Shown: one piece after another, positions 22,277-35,076 of the stretch | Layout of the letters: every line of letters starts with the position of its first letter | Numbering within the stretch: the first letter of the stretch is position 1 | Assembly: GCA_021432655.1 (NCBI GenBank) | Contig: MU271325.1 | Span: 1 to 36,887 of the forward strand | Length of the DNA stretch: 36,887 nucleotides | Reading direction: 5' to 3' | Source: Atractiella rhizophila | Taxonomy: Eukaryota | Notes under the pieces: model-generated | What the model was told of the DNA's origin: nothing | Database searches by the model: none | The model's input: the letters and a program-made list of their open reading frames with translations, nothing else | Made by a program: the position numbers and the translations under genes

Positions 22277-23269
22277 CTACCCATGTCGCTCTTTGAATTC
22301 CAAGACCCCTTGCAAGACAATCTTGCTTGCTCTTTGCACCTGCTCCGTCTCATCTGGCGTCACGCTACCGATCAACAAACGAGACTTATCCGTATGAAAA
22401 CGGAGCAGGAGAACCTTGATCAACTTCTGAACTATCCCATCTTCGGCGTGACGTTGCGCTTCAAGCAAGAAGCGCGAGACAGCTAGAGGAGTGATATCTC
22501 GCTCTGCTAAGGTAACAGGAGATGTAAATGTTTTGAAGATCGGCCATGGGATGTCGGCAAAACGAAAGTCTCGTTTGTTCCTTGCTGGCTGTAAGATTGG
22601 CTGTTCGAGCCGCATCAAAAGAAGTTTGGGCCAATTATGGAACTCATGTATGGGGGGTGGAGGTGATGGTGATGGTGAAGGTGTGCTCCTAAACTTTCTC
22701 AGCTCCTCTTCCGAACGTGTACGTCGTAGAGTTTCCGCCCTTGCTTTCGAAGCTTGCGTCTGTCGAAATTGTGTCTCGGAAAGCCGAGCTTCTGCTTCTC
22801 GCTGGGCGTATCGCAGTCGTTCAAGTTTCTCTTCTCCCATCCGTCTTGTTGCCGAGCGCGTTACTTCTTCTTGAAGCGCTCTTTCGTACATTCGCCTTCG
22901 GTGATAGCATTCCCTTTCCAATCGAAGCGGGTCTGTTATCGGCGTGGTGATACCGGAAGATTGCGAAGGAAGGTATGATGGCTGTGCCTGTGCGTAATCA
23001 TAAAGAGGCTGTGAAGGAGTGTTTGGGTGAGAAAAGAAGGGATAAGGAGGGGCATGCTGTGTCTGTGGGAAGTTATATTCTCTCTCTCTGGATGGGAAGG
23101 GACGAAAAGTGTGATTGCGGTAAGCTGGTCTGGGATACGATGTTTTCGAAGAGGGAAAGCATTGGGAAATTGGACGACAGTGATTCTGTTGGTAACAGGT
23201 TGAACGAGAACACCGTTCCAGCGGTGTTGCTGCTCGTGCTTTCTCTACTAACGGAAAGTTGAACTCCAT
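22277..23269 (-). CDS. Intron-free third paralogue: coiled coil plus C-terminal NFKBIL1-like/J-like domain (HTD)
   Basis: ATG at 23269. FRFADIPWP..RDITPLAVSRFL..KVLLLRFHTDKS..VLEFK. The C-C-C-H repeat is absent, but there is an N-terminal CSRSTC..HC..C cluster. Confidence 0.8.
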   Translation of the reverse strand: MEFNFPLVEKARAATPLERCSRSTCYQQNHCRPISQCFPSSKTSYPRPAYRNHTFRPFPSREREYNFPQTQHAPPYPFFSHPNTPSQPLYDYAQAQPSYLPSQSSGITTPITDPLRLERECYHRRRMYERALQEEVTRSATRRMGEEKLERLRYAQREAEARLSETQFRQTQASKARAETLRRTRSEEELRKFRSTPSPSPSPPPPIHEFHNWPKLLLMRLEQPILQPARNKRDFRFADIPWPIFKTFTSPVTLAERDITPLAVSRFLLEAQRHAEDGIVQKLIKVLLLRFHTDKSRLLIGSVTPDETEQVQRASKIVLQGVLEFKERHG

Positions 23270-24119
23270 CGTCAAGGTCTTAGGCTATGTGGAATGTTTT
23301 CAGTTCATTTTTCTTCTAGAGAGTAAATGGACATACAAAATGGAAACGCAGACTACTACTTGAGCCCGAAATGATAATGAAGATTGGTTGTCGATACGAT
23401 GGTGAGGGGATATCGAACAAGAAGAACGGAACAAAGGATGGGGCCGCAAAGTCAAGGGCGACAACAGTGAGGATGCCTTTGTTCCTAAAGCATTGTTCCC
23501 TGTCCTGGGAGCGGGAAGGAAATGCTTCGGCATTCTGCATTTTCTAGCATAGGAAGGAAGGAGAGAAGATGGAACTCGCGGGAAAGAACGGCCAACACTG
23601 AGTCGAAGCATGGGAGCATGGAGAAGAGAAGAACGAAGAGCTTGTCAAGCTCTAGGACATCTATTCCTTATCCCAAACATCCACATGAAGCTGCTAGTAA
23701 ACTTCACCAGTGCATGAAGCATAGCTTGCCTTGAATAGATTCAATATGCAATGAAGCCCCGAAATGATAAGCGACGGAAATCTGTAGGATGGGATTTGAC
23801 CTTCCCCAAATGACCCTGGCGTCTTTGTGATCTTGTATCTGCCAGTAACGTTGAACCAATGAGACCTGGATGTATTGCCTGTGTTCTTGAAAACACAACA
23901 ATACACGTGACAACAAGGACAGTCCGCAACAATTCATTTCAATTCAATTCTGAACATTGGAATTGGAATGTCGTGGAACCGATGACCTATGGTGACCAAT
24001 ATCTTGGCTCTCGGTAGTCTCCAGCCATCACTCCCACTCCAACGGTCGTTCCTTTTTGTTACTCGTTCTGAGTGCACACTGTCTTACACATAACCCGCTG
24101 TTTATACCAGCATACCCTC

Positions 24120-25670
24120 ATGGAGCCACAGAAACATTTTACCTTGAGTGGCCTCAGCCAGTGCTTACTCATTATCTTCCTTCTAGAAATGTACATAGGC
24201 GGAAGGATCGGTTTCGCTCTCCTTCATGAAACTAAAGCTTCAGTAATACGTACGTTGCCAACTGTCTTTGCAGACAATGCTCAGAATCTAAATGTAGAGG
24301 AGAATCCAAAGCCTCTGGTGGCCGAATGGACATTCATGATCCGGCTCTACGTGTTCCACGACTTCTTACGAGTCTGCGCAGGCATTTCAAGGTATGCTAC
24401 CCAGTTTTTTACTTTACTTCATCTTGAATAGGATGTTCTGCAAGCATATACTTTCTATTTCACCCCAAACGGCGCAATCCCAGCGTTCCCCCTTTTATCT
24501 TCGCCTTCCAATTCTTTACCTCCTTCCTAGCAACTTTGACAGCTTTCCACTACCTTCGCACCGTCTCTTCCATACCTACAAGTAAGGAAGCATGTCCTTG
24601 GATGGCTGATATCCGAGAAGACGAAAGACCAAATTTTTACTCAAGTATGGACGAGTGGTGCAAGGCGGATTGGTGGCTCTATAGACATCTCGCTGGTTAC
24701 GCTCTCACCGGCATCCTTGGACTGGATCTCAGTAAGTCGTCCCTCAAAATCCTCACTTATCATAACAAAACTGACGTGTCGACGGCGCAGGTGGAACAAT
24801 CCTCATATATGCTTGGTCATCCGCGCTGAAGAGAATGGATCGCCTTCAAGTTGAGACAGAGAAGTTGAGGGAAGAAAGTGCTTGGAAACGAGAGGAGCAA
24901 AGGGTTCTGGGAAACGACTGCGCGAGATGGTCGTGTGGCATAATTGGCTTGATAGCTGCCGGACTGGTACATGTCATGTCAATCGATTATGGTGAGCTTT
25001 ACCTTTACCTGCTGCTCTCCAGTCAATGTTTCTTGCGAACGCTCATCATGTTTTTGAGACGTACAGGTATGCTCAAGGAAGAATTGGACGTTGTACGGTC
25101 AATGAGAATACCGAGCTCTTCATATTGCGCGCTCCTCGTCCTTTTGTCAGTTCTCTCTCTGCTCGTGCATGCTTTAGCCTCAAATGGCAAATGACACAAC
25201 AGGATCCTGCTCTCCCTCTTTCCACGTTACCCGCCACTCGCACCCATTCTTTTTGCTTTCTCCTTCCTCATCCATCTAGCCGTCACTTACATCTTCCTCT
25301 CCCGAAAAGACGTTTACCTAACGTCTACCCGACTGCCTTGGCTAAAGAGCTCCTGCTTGCACTTACAGAAGGATGACTTACCGCTTGGGTGGGAAAACGC
25401 GAAACATTATTGCACGTTCTTTCAGGAGGAGATCGAGGACGCCTTCCCACTGTTCAAAGTGCTTTGGCTGGCGCTGAGTGCTGGTACGCCTGTTTTCTGA
25501 GTGCAAACTTGGCTGTGCTGACATGATGGACGCGTAGGGATCTTTGTCTTTATCGCTGCTTGGTGTTTCAACCTTTACATCCAGGCAAAGAGACGCGAAA
25601 CTAAGCTTGACTCTGAAAATATCTTAGCAGCGGATGCAGCAAAAGGGTCAGTACTTCCCAAATAATGTGT
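24120..25670 (+). CDS. Multi-exon hypothetical membrane protein (model uncertain)
   Basis: Clear introns (gtaagt ~24732 to cgcag 24790; gtgagc ~24992 to tacag ~25066) join hydrophobic segments (LAGYALTGILGLD, GIIGLIAAGLVHV, IFVFIAAWCFNLYI). Start and some junctions are unresolved. Confidence 0.45.
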
Positions 25671-26346
25671 CCGAGCTGCTGTAGTCAGGTGTCGCCAAAG
25701 ACGGAACTTCACATTATGTTGTTATTTAAGATAGCAGGATTTGATGTTCCACAGCAGTTGATATATAGCATAGAGAAGAATGAGAAATTGTTTAGGACAG
25801 AGACACATGACCAGCACAGTTCTGGACAGTGCGCACAATCAATTCATTTTGACTGAAGAACCCGAAGAAGTTGGGAAGGTCTTGCTGCACACACATGGGC
25901 ACGTAAAATACCAACCAACCTACTCAAGCCAGGAGCCGTGGCCATAAACACCTTCCTGCAAAACCTTTCACTTTGGGTTTTATATCCCCTTCCCTGCGGA
26001 GGCTATCGACCAGAGACCACTTCATTCAATAGAGGGTCACTGAAGTTTGACGTGTTCAGAGAGGAAGAACTGATTTGCTCTCATCACATTCACAATGGTT
26101 TCCTGAAAAAGGTGCTTGGTATATCCAGTAATGCTTTCGAGGTTTCCTAGGAACAAAGGAAAGATGAAGGGTTTGTCCAGCGAGTGGGTTTTTGGGATCG
26201 TCCTAAATCGTACTGCGTAGGTATAGTTTGTACATTCGCCACAACTTCCATAGTCCAAATTGGGACGACATTTCCATCAATAAAACCCATCTATGGCATT
26301 CCCACTATCACACGCCGCTCAACTTTCGCTCCTAATATGTACAATT

Positions 26347-28320
26347 CTATGAAAAATGTTGAGGACAAAACTGGGCGACTGCGAACTTCCCACTCCTCCT
26401 CCAATCTGAGGCCTTGTTTTCCAACTCCTCCTCCTTTCCTTCTTTCAATCCCACACAAACATCTGCCTTGCACGTCCTCAGCGCCAAAATGGGAAACTTT
26501 CCAGCAAGCTCTCCTAGAAACGGTGATGGAGATCAGCAAAGGGAAACGGCGATTCAGGACAAGAAAACGAACCCAGAGCTTCTGGAAACGGGGTCGTAGT
26601 TGGCCACCAGGCGTCTCCTGTAAGCTTCCGATAATTCAAATCTCCTTTGAAAACGACGAGATCTGCCTCTTGTAACCGTTTAAGGAGGACCGGGGCTTGA
26701 GTTGGCAGGTCAGAATACGGTAGTGGCCCACTCCAAACTGTGTCAACACGCCGCCAATTAGAAATGTAAGAAGGATGGAATATCAAGACGAACACTCTTC
26801 TTCCCCAGTCACTTGACCGCCTAACGTTGTATCCAATGGTACTGAAAGGTTCCATCTTCCATCTTTCACATAAACTTCCCAACGTCGTCGCATGCTTTCT
26901 AGCGCGTCTTTTTGTTCGGAGGAGGGCTTAAATGAATCGGTGACAAAAAAATCGGGATCTTTGAGAACTTCGAAGGTGAAGACAAAGTCAGAAGGTGTGA
27001 CGTCGGAGACGAAGTATGGGATCAATTTGGGGCTATCGTTTCAGCGCATCAGAGCTAGCCAAGGGAGAGAGGGATGACCATTACTGGAAGACTATTTTCG
27101 AAGTCAAGGATGAAGAGAGAAGGAAATCGGCAAAAATGAGGTCCTGTCATTTTATTCAAGATCTGTCTTTGGAGCATGTAAGTAAAAAACGGACAGTGTA
27201 AAGCTCGAATCCAGCTATTAATTGATAAGTGGTTTAAATGAACGAAGGAGGGACACACTCACAATTATCTAATACAATATCTACCCTGCGCTTCTTGTCC
27301 TTCAGGTCGGAGAGATAAGCCCAAGCGTCCTGTAGATCGTTCGCCAATATTTCCCTTCCTTCCTCCCCTCCAGAAGATGTATCGCTCTGCTGCAACCTTC
27401 GTATGTCTTCCGCGGTCATATTCGTCAAGAGACTTAGATCCTGGATCCCAACAAAATCACCAGCATCGGTCAGACAGATTTGGAGCAAAAAGTATGATAG
27501 GACGATTTGGAACGAAAGGCTTACAGTGGCGTTCCCCCACAGACTCATGAGCGCGATCTCCAGAAATGCAGTTTTCTTCTTCGCTCCATCCTCATCTAAT
27601 CCAACCCGCAGCTTTTCAAACGAGATTGCAGTCGAATAGACCCCTTCGCCAGAGGAGCGGAAGGCTTGCACCTTTTGGTTGAAGAAGGGATCGTACGTTT
27701 TGAAATGCTCAGAAAGGGAGAAGAGGGCTTAGATGCCTCCTTAGAACGACTTAGAACTGGAACAGGTAAACTTACAGCGCAGACGGCGATATCTTTCTTA
27801 GATCAGGTTATGAGGGGAGAAGGAAGAGAATGGAGGAAGGGACGAACAGATAGCATTCGTTGTATAGCCAGTCTCCAGTGAACCATGTACCTTTCCCTTT
27901 CTCTTTATTCACTCTTAAGAGATCATTATAGGTTGCCAAAGTAGGTTCGCCATCGTCCTCGATCTCACTGTGCCATCAATTCAGCTTCACTGAACAAGAA
28001 GACATCAGTGAACGTACCTGAGCTCTCTATCGCGACTGATTTCATGCTTCAACCTCGCGATTTCAGAGATGAGGAACTTCCCCTCCTCTCGCTTCAAGCT
28101 TTCATCCTCCAAAGTGAAGTTCAGTTTATTGAGACCGTCGATGGCAGAAGTAAGAATTTGTGGCCATCGACGCACAGTCCTGTTCAGTAAATACACATCA
28201 CTCCGTCTGGTGATTATCGTAGAAGACGGGGACGGCGCACGATTCGTAGGCGAAAGAAGTTTGCGGCCCAGACCTCTGGGATGCAGATGCGACGGGATAT
28301 GGGGGTATGTAATAAACCAT
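26347..28320 (-). CDS. DUF89/ARMT1-like damage-control phosphatase (YMR027W-like), multi-exon
   Basis: SFAYES-TVRRWPQIL, LWGNAT-DLSLL, RVDIVLDN-SGFELYT-DLIFAD, IPYFVSDVT..DF, LVVFKGDLNYRKL, LRTCKADVCVGL, GKFAVAQF. These are the hallmark DUF89 motifs in the expected order. Confidence 0.92.
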
Positions 28321-29204
28321 TCCTTTAGATCTCTACCTCTTCTATTGATTTGTCCGATTCGATCGTTTTTGAGCTCAGGCCATCAGGCAGCGGTGACCGA
28401 TCAATGGCGGTCGGAAATGCCAACCGCATCCGCATTTTCTGTGTTGATTTACGAGATACACCATTCACATTCATGCTTTTCATTTCCTTGTTTTTTCAGT
28501 TAGTCTAACGGTCAAAGTTTCGATGACTACGGCAGTCTTGCGAAACTGTGGTCAGCATATGAAAGTGCTTGTTTTTGCATCCATCGTGCGTTCACCATAC
28601 AAGCGTCGAGCGTCTGGAGGACCAGGACAGCGATTGGAGTAATGATTTCGATGCTGACTATCGAGTAGAGCATCAGAATGCGTTCTAGTCTTCTCCAGCT
28701 ATTTTGCCAGGCTGCACCTGCCCTTACCGAATCAATGCTCCTGGTGTATTAAGTTGCTGAGCCCGCCGCGTTGAACAAACATTTTTGCCATGTCTTTTGC
28801 TATTTATTTTGACTAATTGATATTGTAATGTATTTTTCTTCCACAATTTCTCCCGTGCAAAGTTCAATTGCAGCAATCTTCAATCTTGAAATAATGCCCA
28901 AGTTCGAAGGACAATCGAGGGTTTCCCGGTATGAGGGATTGTGGTATCCTCCGCGGGAGAGTCAACCGTCTTGCGCTCCTTGTAGCAATTCGGTTCTCCC
29001 TGCCGCTTTGTGGTAGCAAGCAAAGTTCTCCGAGCGAAGATCACCTCTCCGACGGTGCTGACTGAACTGACAGACTCGTCCAGACGACCATCGACGTCGC
29101 TAGTCTGAACTGTCTACGTGTCCTTTCTCTCTTTTCCGTCTACAAAAGGTGTCATCCTTTCCTCAATGTCATCACTTGTAAATCAACGTCTGTCAAGTGT
29201 GAAC

Positions 29205-31185
29205 ATGCACTCTTGCCTCTTTTCTCTTGTGTGGCTTTTTCTATCCAGTAGGCTGACTACGGCAGTGGAACCATCGGGCTCCGTCGAAGGTGGCTACCTA
29301 TCGAACATGGTGACGCTGAGGAGAGAAAATTTCACAGAGACAATCGCAAAGGATGGATTGACAGTCGTCAAGGTGTGCAGTCTCTCTCTAACATATTGGT
29401 TGCACTCAACAATCTGTACTAGTACTTCGCTGATTGGTGCGGCTATTGCCGTGGTTTGTCCTTGCTTTTTCGCCTTAGATTTGAAACTCACAAAGAAAGC
29501 AGATCTCGCTCCCGCCGTGAGCTTCTTCGTCCTTCTCCGTGTAAAGGTCTCAACGAAGTACAGTACGAAGAAGCCGCCTCCATTCTTAAAGACGACTCTA
29601 GAATAACAGTCGCGTCTGTTGATTGCGAAGCAGACGCTGACCTTTGCTTTGAGCAATCGGTTTTCGCATTGCCGTTCGTCATTCCTTTGCCTAATGATCC
29701 TATTCTTAATCGAAGAATATAAAGAACGATCAAGCTATTCCATGGAGGCGAAGGCAAGGAGTACAACGGCACGCGTTCTGCAGGAGATATCGCATCATAC
29801 GCTCGACGGTACCTGGAACCAACGCTGTCTGTTCTCACCGCAGAAGACGAATCATCTTTTGCGAGAAGTGACGACGTTGTACTTGTCGCACGTTTAGACC
29901 GGACATCGACAACGTATGATGAAGATGAAAGGATCTTTGGGCAGTTGGCGCAAGAACAAAGAGAATTTGTTCGATTTGGAGTCGTTCCGCTTTCTGATTC
30001 AAGTAAAACAAAGGACTTCACCATTTATCAGAATTGGGACAACTTCTCAGCTTCATTGCAGCTCGATCGTGGAGACAAGATGGAAAAGGAGACGTTAGAA
30101 ACATTCATCACGAGGGAGAGCTTGAGAGTTATGGGAGAGATCGAGTGGGGAGATATAGAGCCTTTAAAGGAAGCGAAAATGCCGGTTGCTCTATTATTTC
30201 TGCACGGTGCGGCGGAAGAAGAGAAGGAGAGGATTGAAAGCATACGTGAAGTAGGCAAGCAGTATCGAGGCAAAATAAACTTTGCATGGTCCAATTCCAC
30301 AAAGGTAAGCAGGTCACTAGATTATTGGTGAGGCGCACATATTGTCTGCGACCAGAACCCCGGCCTGCCTCGCTCCGCGAATGTCCAAACGTCTCGAGAC
30401 GCAATCTCAATCATCGACTTTTCGTCCCCTCTAGTTCAACCCGCCACGCCGAAATACCCAATGGACAGATCTCTCCCAGTTGACGCTTCCTCCGTTGCCT
30501 ACTTCGTCTCGCGGTTCTTAGGGGGAGAACTTCAACCACACATTCGGAGCCTACCAGTCCCTAGCGAGGCGGAACAGTCTGATGGAGTAAGGACCATCGT
30601 CGCGGACAGCTTGGAGCAGGAGTTGTGGGGAAAAACTGAGGATAAAGACGTTCTGATCATGTTTATGGCCCCGTGGTGTACGCTCTTCCTTCTTTGTGTG
30701 TCAGATAAAGTTGATGACTTATGTTATGTGTAGGTGGACATTGTAAGAAGCTGAAGCCTGTATATGAGGAACTTGGTCGTCTGTACTCCAATGAAACTGT
30801 ACGCCTCCTCACTCTTTCCTCCTGTTCTTCATTTATTCACCTGAGACATTATAGGACAAGATCATGATCTCTCGTTACGACGCTCACAATAACGATATCC
30901 CAACCTCGCTCGGTTTTCAAATCCAGAGTTATCCAACATTCAAGTTCAAACCTGCGGGTTCAAAAACCCTCCTCGACGTGAGTGTTTCCGATAAGTATTC
31001 AGGTACATTGTTGACTAGGGAAGATACAGTACGACGGTGGGAGAGAAGTCAGGGATTTTGTCAGTTTCATTCAACAGAGCGCAGCGAATGAAATCCAGCA
31101 TCCAGTGATTCCCGGCTCTGAACAGGTCGGAGATGGGACATCAAGCGCTGAAGGAGAAAAACGGAACGCGAAGGATGAGCTTTAA
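29205..31185 (+). CDS. Protein disulfide-isomerase family protein (a-b-b'-a' type), ER-retained
   Basis: Signal peptide MHSCLFSLVWLFLSSRLTTA; YFADWCGYCR; ASVDCEADADLC; FMAPWCGHCKKLKPVYEEL (split by an intron); DAHNNDIP..FQIQSYPTFKF; C-terminal KDEL*. Confidence 0.9.
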
Positions 31186-31231
31186 ATTCTGGTGTACATG
31201 TTCCTCGTATCTTCTTATCACAGTGCAACAC

Positions 31232-34200
31232 TTAGTCAATTCGATCTACCTTGTACATCTTGGTAGTCGTCTCCTGATCCATACCCGTATAGTCGATGAC
31301 GTCGTCCACCCTGTACATTTTTGTCGTTACTTCCATTTCATATCCCTTTTGGCCCTTGGACAAAAGCGTCGTTGACTCTGCTTCATGCGGAGCCGGGACC
31401 TTAAGACCCTTTTCTTTCTGAGCTGACCCAGCGGAGCTGGCAGAAGGCACACCTTTCGGTTTCTCCAGCTTCGTCTCCGCCTTCTTTTTGATCTCCGCGA
31501 CTGGTGCCTTCAGTTGACCACCGCTCTGCTTTCCATCAGGGATGAGGATGAACTCCCTTTCTCCGCCTTTTCCGGCTAATTTGTCGAGGATGAAGTATCC
31601 CTTCCTTTCAAATTGGCATCTGTCTCCTTCTTTCATCCCTTCGACGTTCTGATCCGTCCATCCGGTGACGGAGAACTTTGTGGATGGATTGACGAAGTCG
31701 ATGAGCTGGTCTTCCTCTTCCAGTTTCTTCTTCGTGATGAGGTAATCGTAATCGTGGTAGGTAACAGAGAGGAGAGGATGCTCGGGGGACTTGATGAGCC
31801 AATGAACCTTCTTCTTGGTCTTCTTGAAATCGCCTTCCAAATGCAATTCCAAACCGAGAGAGGTGACGACTCCGGAACCGTCTTTCTCAATGGTCCGAAC
31901 ATACGCATTGCCCCAATCCATGAGAGTGATCTGCATCATCCCCACTTTTAGCTTTCTGATAAATATTAACATCGAGTAGACGACGCTCACCTCCTCATCT
32001 TTGGCGAACGATTTAGCATCATCCTGGTCGAACCAAATTTCCTCTCCATAGACCGTCTTCTTGGTTCCCAGACTCTCATTCTTCTTATGCTTCAAAACAT
32101 CCTTCACCTCCGTCCCCTTCACGCCGCTGACCTTCCCTGGTACCCTACGTCAAAGACGATCAGTAACCTTGGCAAGACCAGCTGGAAAGAGTATCACATA
32201 CGCGTTCTCCTTTGGGATGAACCAATAGCGAGGGACGACAGGGTCGATGAGCCTCTTGTTGAGAGACCACAACGACTCCCAATCCATGTTCACAAAGGCT
32301 TGTGAGGGCCCTTGCTGTAGCATGAAGAGTTTGAGGGCTTCAACGGATAGACCTCGTCGCTTGATACCTGTCACAAAGGGATATCAGCCATATCCATCAT
32401 CAATAAAAGAGTGCTGGCTGGGAACGAACCTCGAACAGTTGGGAAACGGGGATCATCCCAGCCATCCACCAGGTTCTGTTCAACGAACCACTTGAGCTTC
32501 CTCTTCGACAGAAGGGTATACACAAAATTGAGCCTCCTGCACCGATATTGATCAGAATCTAGAATCCATTTCTCCACTCCATGGAAAGATACGAGGACAA
32601 AGGAAAGTCGTACCCAAAATCCCAGATCTGGACCTTCCTCAATCCGACAGCCTCCAACATCCACTCGTATTGAGGATTGCGATCTCGGTATTCGTTTGTC
32701 CTCAGTGCGTGAGTGATGCCTTCGATTGAGTCCTACCAACAAGTCTCAACCTTTCGGAACAGAAAGAATGTGGATGGTGACACGCACAACGATAGGACAC
32801 GCAAAATCATACGTAGGATAAACCTTCCACTTCTCCCTAAACAGCATAGATTAACCCTCTCCTTTCAAGATCAACCAGAAGCGAAACGTACCCAGTCCGA
32901 TGATGCGCCTGCAAGTTTACTCTATAGATGACGGGATCCCTTAAAGCTTTGTTGGGGTTGTCAACAGACAATTTGGCGCGGAGACACCACTTCCTTCCCT
33001 CCTCCGTTCCCTCCTTCATCTCCTCGAAACGCGCTAGGTTCTCTTCGATCGTCGCATCTCGTCGAGCTGATTTCGTGCCATCGAATCGTTCCTTTTGCAT
33101 CTACGACCATTTATCCACATATCAGTCCTGTTTGAGTGAACGGTGCACATCGAGGGAACGGAGGCAAGACCTGTTCTTTAGGCGTATCGTCTGCGTACGC
33201 TTTTCCGTCCTTTATCGCCTTCACGGCGAAATCGTAGATCGTATCGAAGTGATCCGAAGTGTAAGATATCTGGTCTGGCGTCAACTCGAGCATCTTGATA
33301 TCCGCCAAGATGGAGTCCTGAAACTCTTCCTGTTCCTCCAATCAACTGCCGTTTCTTTGCAAGCTTGACTGAAGGAAAGCACCTTTTCATTTGATGGGTT
33401 GGTGTCGTCAAACCTGACTAGGAACTTCCCATCGTAGTGTCTCGCAAAGTACTCGTTTAGGATCGCCGCTTTCGTGTGTCCGATATGTAGGTATCTGCCC
33501 GCCGATCAGAGAAATGAGTGAGATGTATCAGAAAAGGAAGCAGGAAGGACAGACCCAGATGGCTCAGGTGGGAACCGAGTTACGACCTTACCCTTCTCTG
33601 CGCCATCCAGACCCAAATCAAACGAGGCGTTTACCTCTTTGTCCGGTTGAGAAGCAGCGTGCGATTTCTATTTGGGGAACATGAGCGAGAGCAAGAAGTG
33701 GACAGAGGAAAACAAACTTTTCCTTCGTTCCTCTTCTTATCCGCCTCCTTCAACACTGCCCCTCCATCGCAAGCCGCCTCTACGTAGCCCAACCACCTTG
33801 AGACATGTGGATAATTCGGACCTTTCAAGAGTCCTTGTAGGGGAGAAGAACCCTTGATCGTGCTCAGGACCAGGAAGTCTGAGGCTCCCAATCCTGAGGG
33901 AGAGGAGACGAAGGATCGTAAGGTGAGGTACTGGTCGAGGGCTGCGAGGAAGGACAGGGAAGATTCATAGTTACCAGGGGCGGTGGAGAGAGTGGTTGGG
34001 AGGGAGGAGCTGGACGGGGAGGGGAAGAGGGATTGGAGGACTGCGTCTGGGCCAGATTGTAGCTTTTCGCTGTATCAACGTCAGAATATCAGTTCTTTGT
34101 GCATCTGGCACTAAAGTGGAAGAGAAAATACAAACCCGGAAGAGGATAGGAGAGCAATGTCCCCTTCAAGAACCCAAGTCAGTTTCTCCTGCGCGCCAAG

Positions 34201-34275
34201 ATAGTAGACAGCGTAGAGAACCGCAATGGGAACTGAGGGCTTGATAGGCAGCTGGATCTTGTCGTACGAGATCAT
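31232..34275 (-). CDS. GUS1: Cytosolic glutamyl-tRNA synthetase, multi-exon
   Basis: N-terminal GST-like domain; [88 protein letters not shown]. Confidence 0.97.
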
Positions 34276-34482
34276 AATGTTGGTCGATCTCTTCGTATCA
34301 AAGATGCAAAATTTGCAGCATAGATGAGAATGGGTGACTCACAGATAACTTGAACGCTATTATGCTGCGGACAAATAACGGACCGCTTTTTCTTCTACAA
34401 ACAGCAATTCTTATGTTATAGCAAGTCGCACTTGAATTCCTGACCAGTTTTCTTGCTTGCCGTTCCCGGTCCGTTCCGCTCA
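33709..34482. repeat. Segment A copy 1 (GluRS exons 1-2 plus upstream sequence)
   Basis: Direct repeat of 35077-35875. The first 186 bp are identical; the rest is diverged. Confidence 0.95.
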
Positions 34483-35076
34483 CGAAATATCATTCGGTGG
34501 TGGATTAGTAGTCTCTGGGGACAGTGCTAGGGCTTCCACCAGCACTTCGTCAGCAGGTTCACATCCACGCAAAGATGCCCTTTTTCTCTTTTTGCATTAT
34601 TTGTGCCTCTGGATAAGTACCATGCAGAACGCAAAATACCCCACGATTGTTGGGAGACTTGCTTCCTTCTGTCTCTGCTGTCTTCGCGATCGATATTCAT
34701 GTGTTTCGAAAGATGCACCACCACAGAACTTTCGATTATTTGTGTGCCGGTTTGGATCACGTGATTGCAAGAATGTTCATCAACCTCTGCTGCTTCGAAG
34801 AGCCCCATCCAACTCATCTGGCCGACGCGTCTTGCTCCGCTCTGCTGATATCTTATCTATATCCTATTTTCTCGGACGACCTGCGATAGAAATAGGAAGA
34901 CCTTAACTGATGAACGTGGGAGCCAAATCGTTCACGTTCGACCACCTGCTCCATGGCTTGCTTCTACCATTCACCAAGCTCTTTTGGATCTGCAAGCTTC
35001 ACGGAACTTTGATTAATTGGTTCGAGATGGGTTGAAATTGATGAGCACGTTCAGTCTCCTGCTGGGTACTTATCAT
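34483..35076. repeat. Segment B copy 1 (~590 bp, non-GluRS sequence)
   Basis: Direct repeat of 36302-36887 with substitutions and small indels. Confidence 0.95.

Noticed and set aside
23930..23972. Imperfect inverted repeat of caatt/aattg units
   Set aside because: Low complexity and mismatched, with no partner terminus or target-site duplication.
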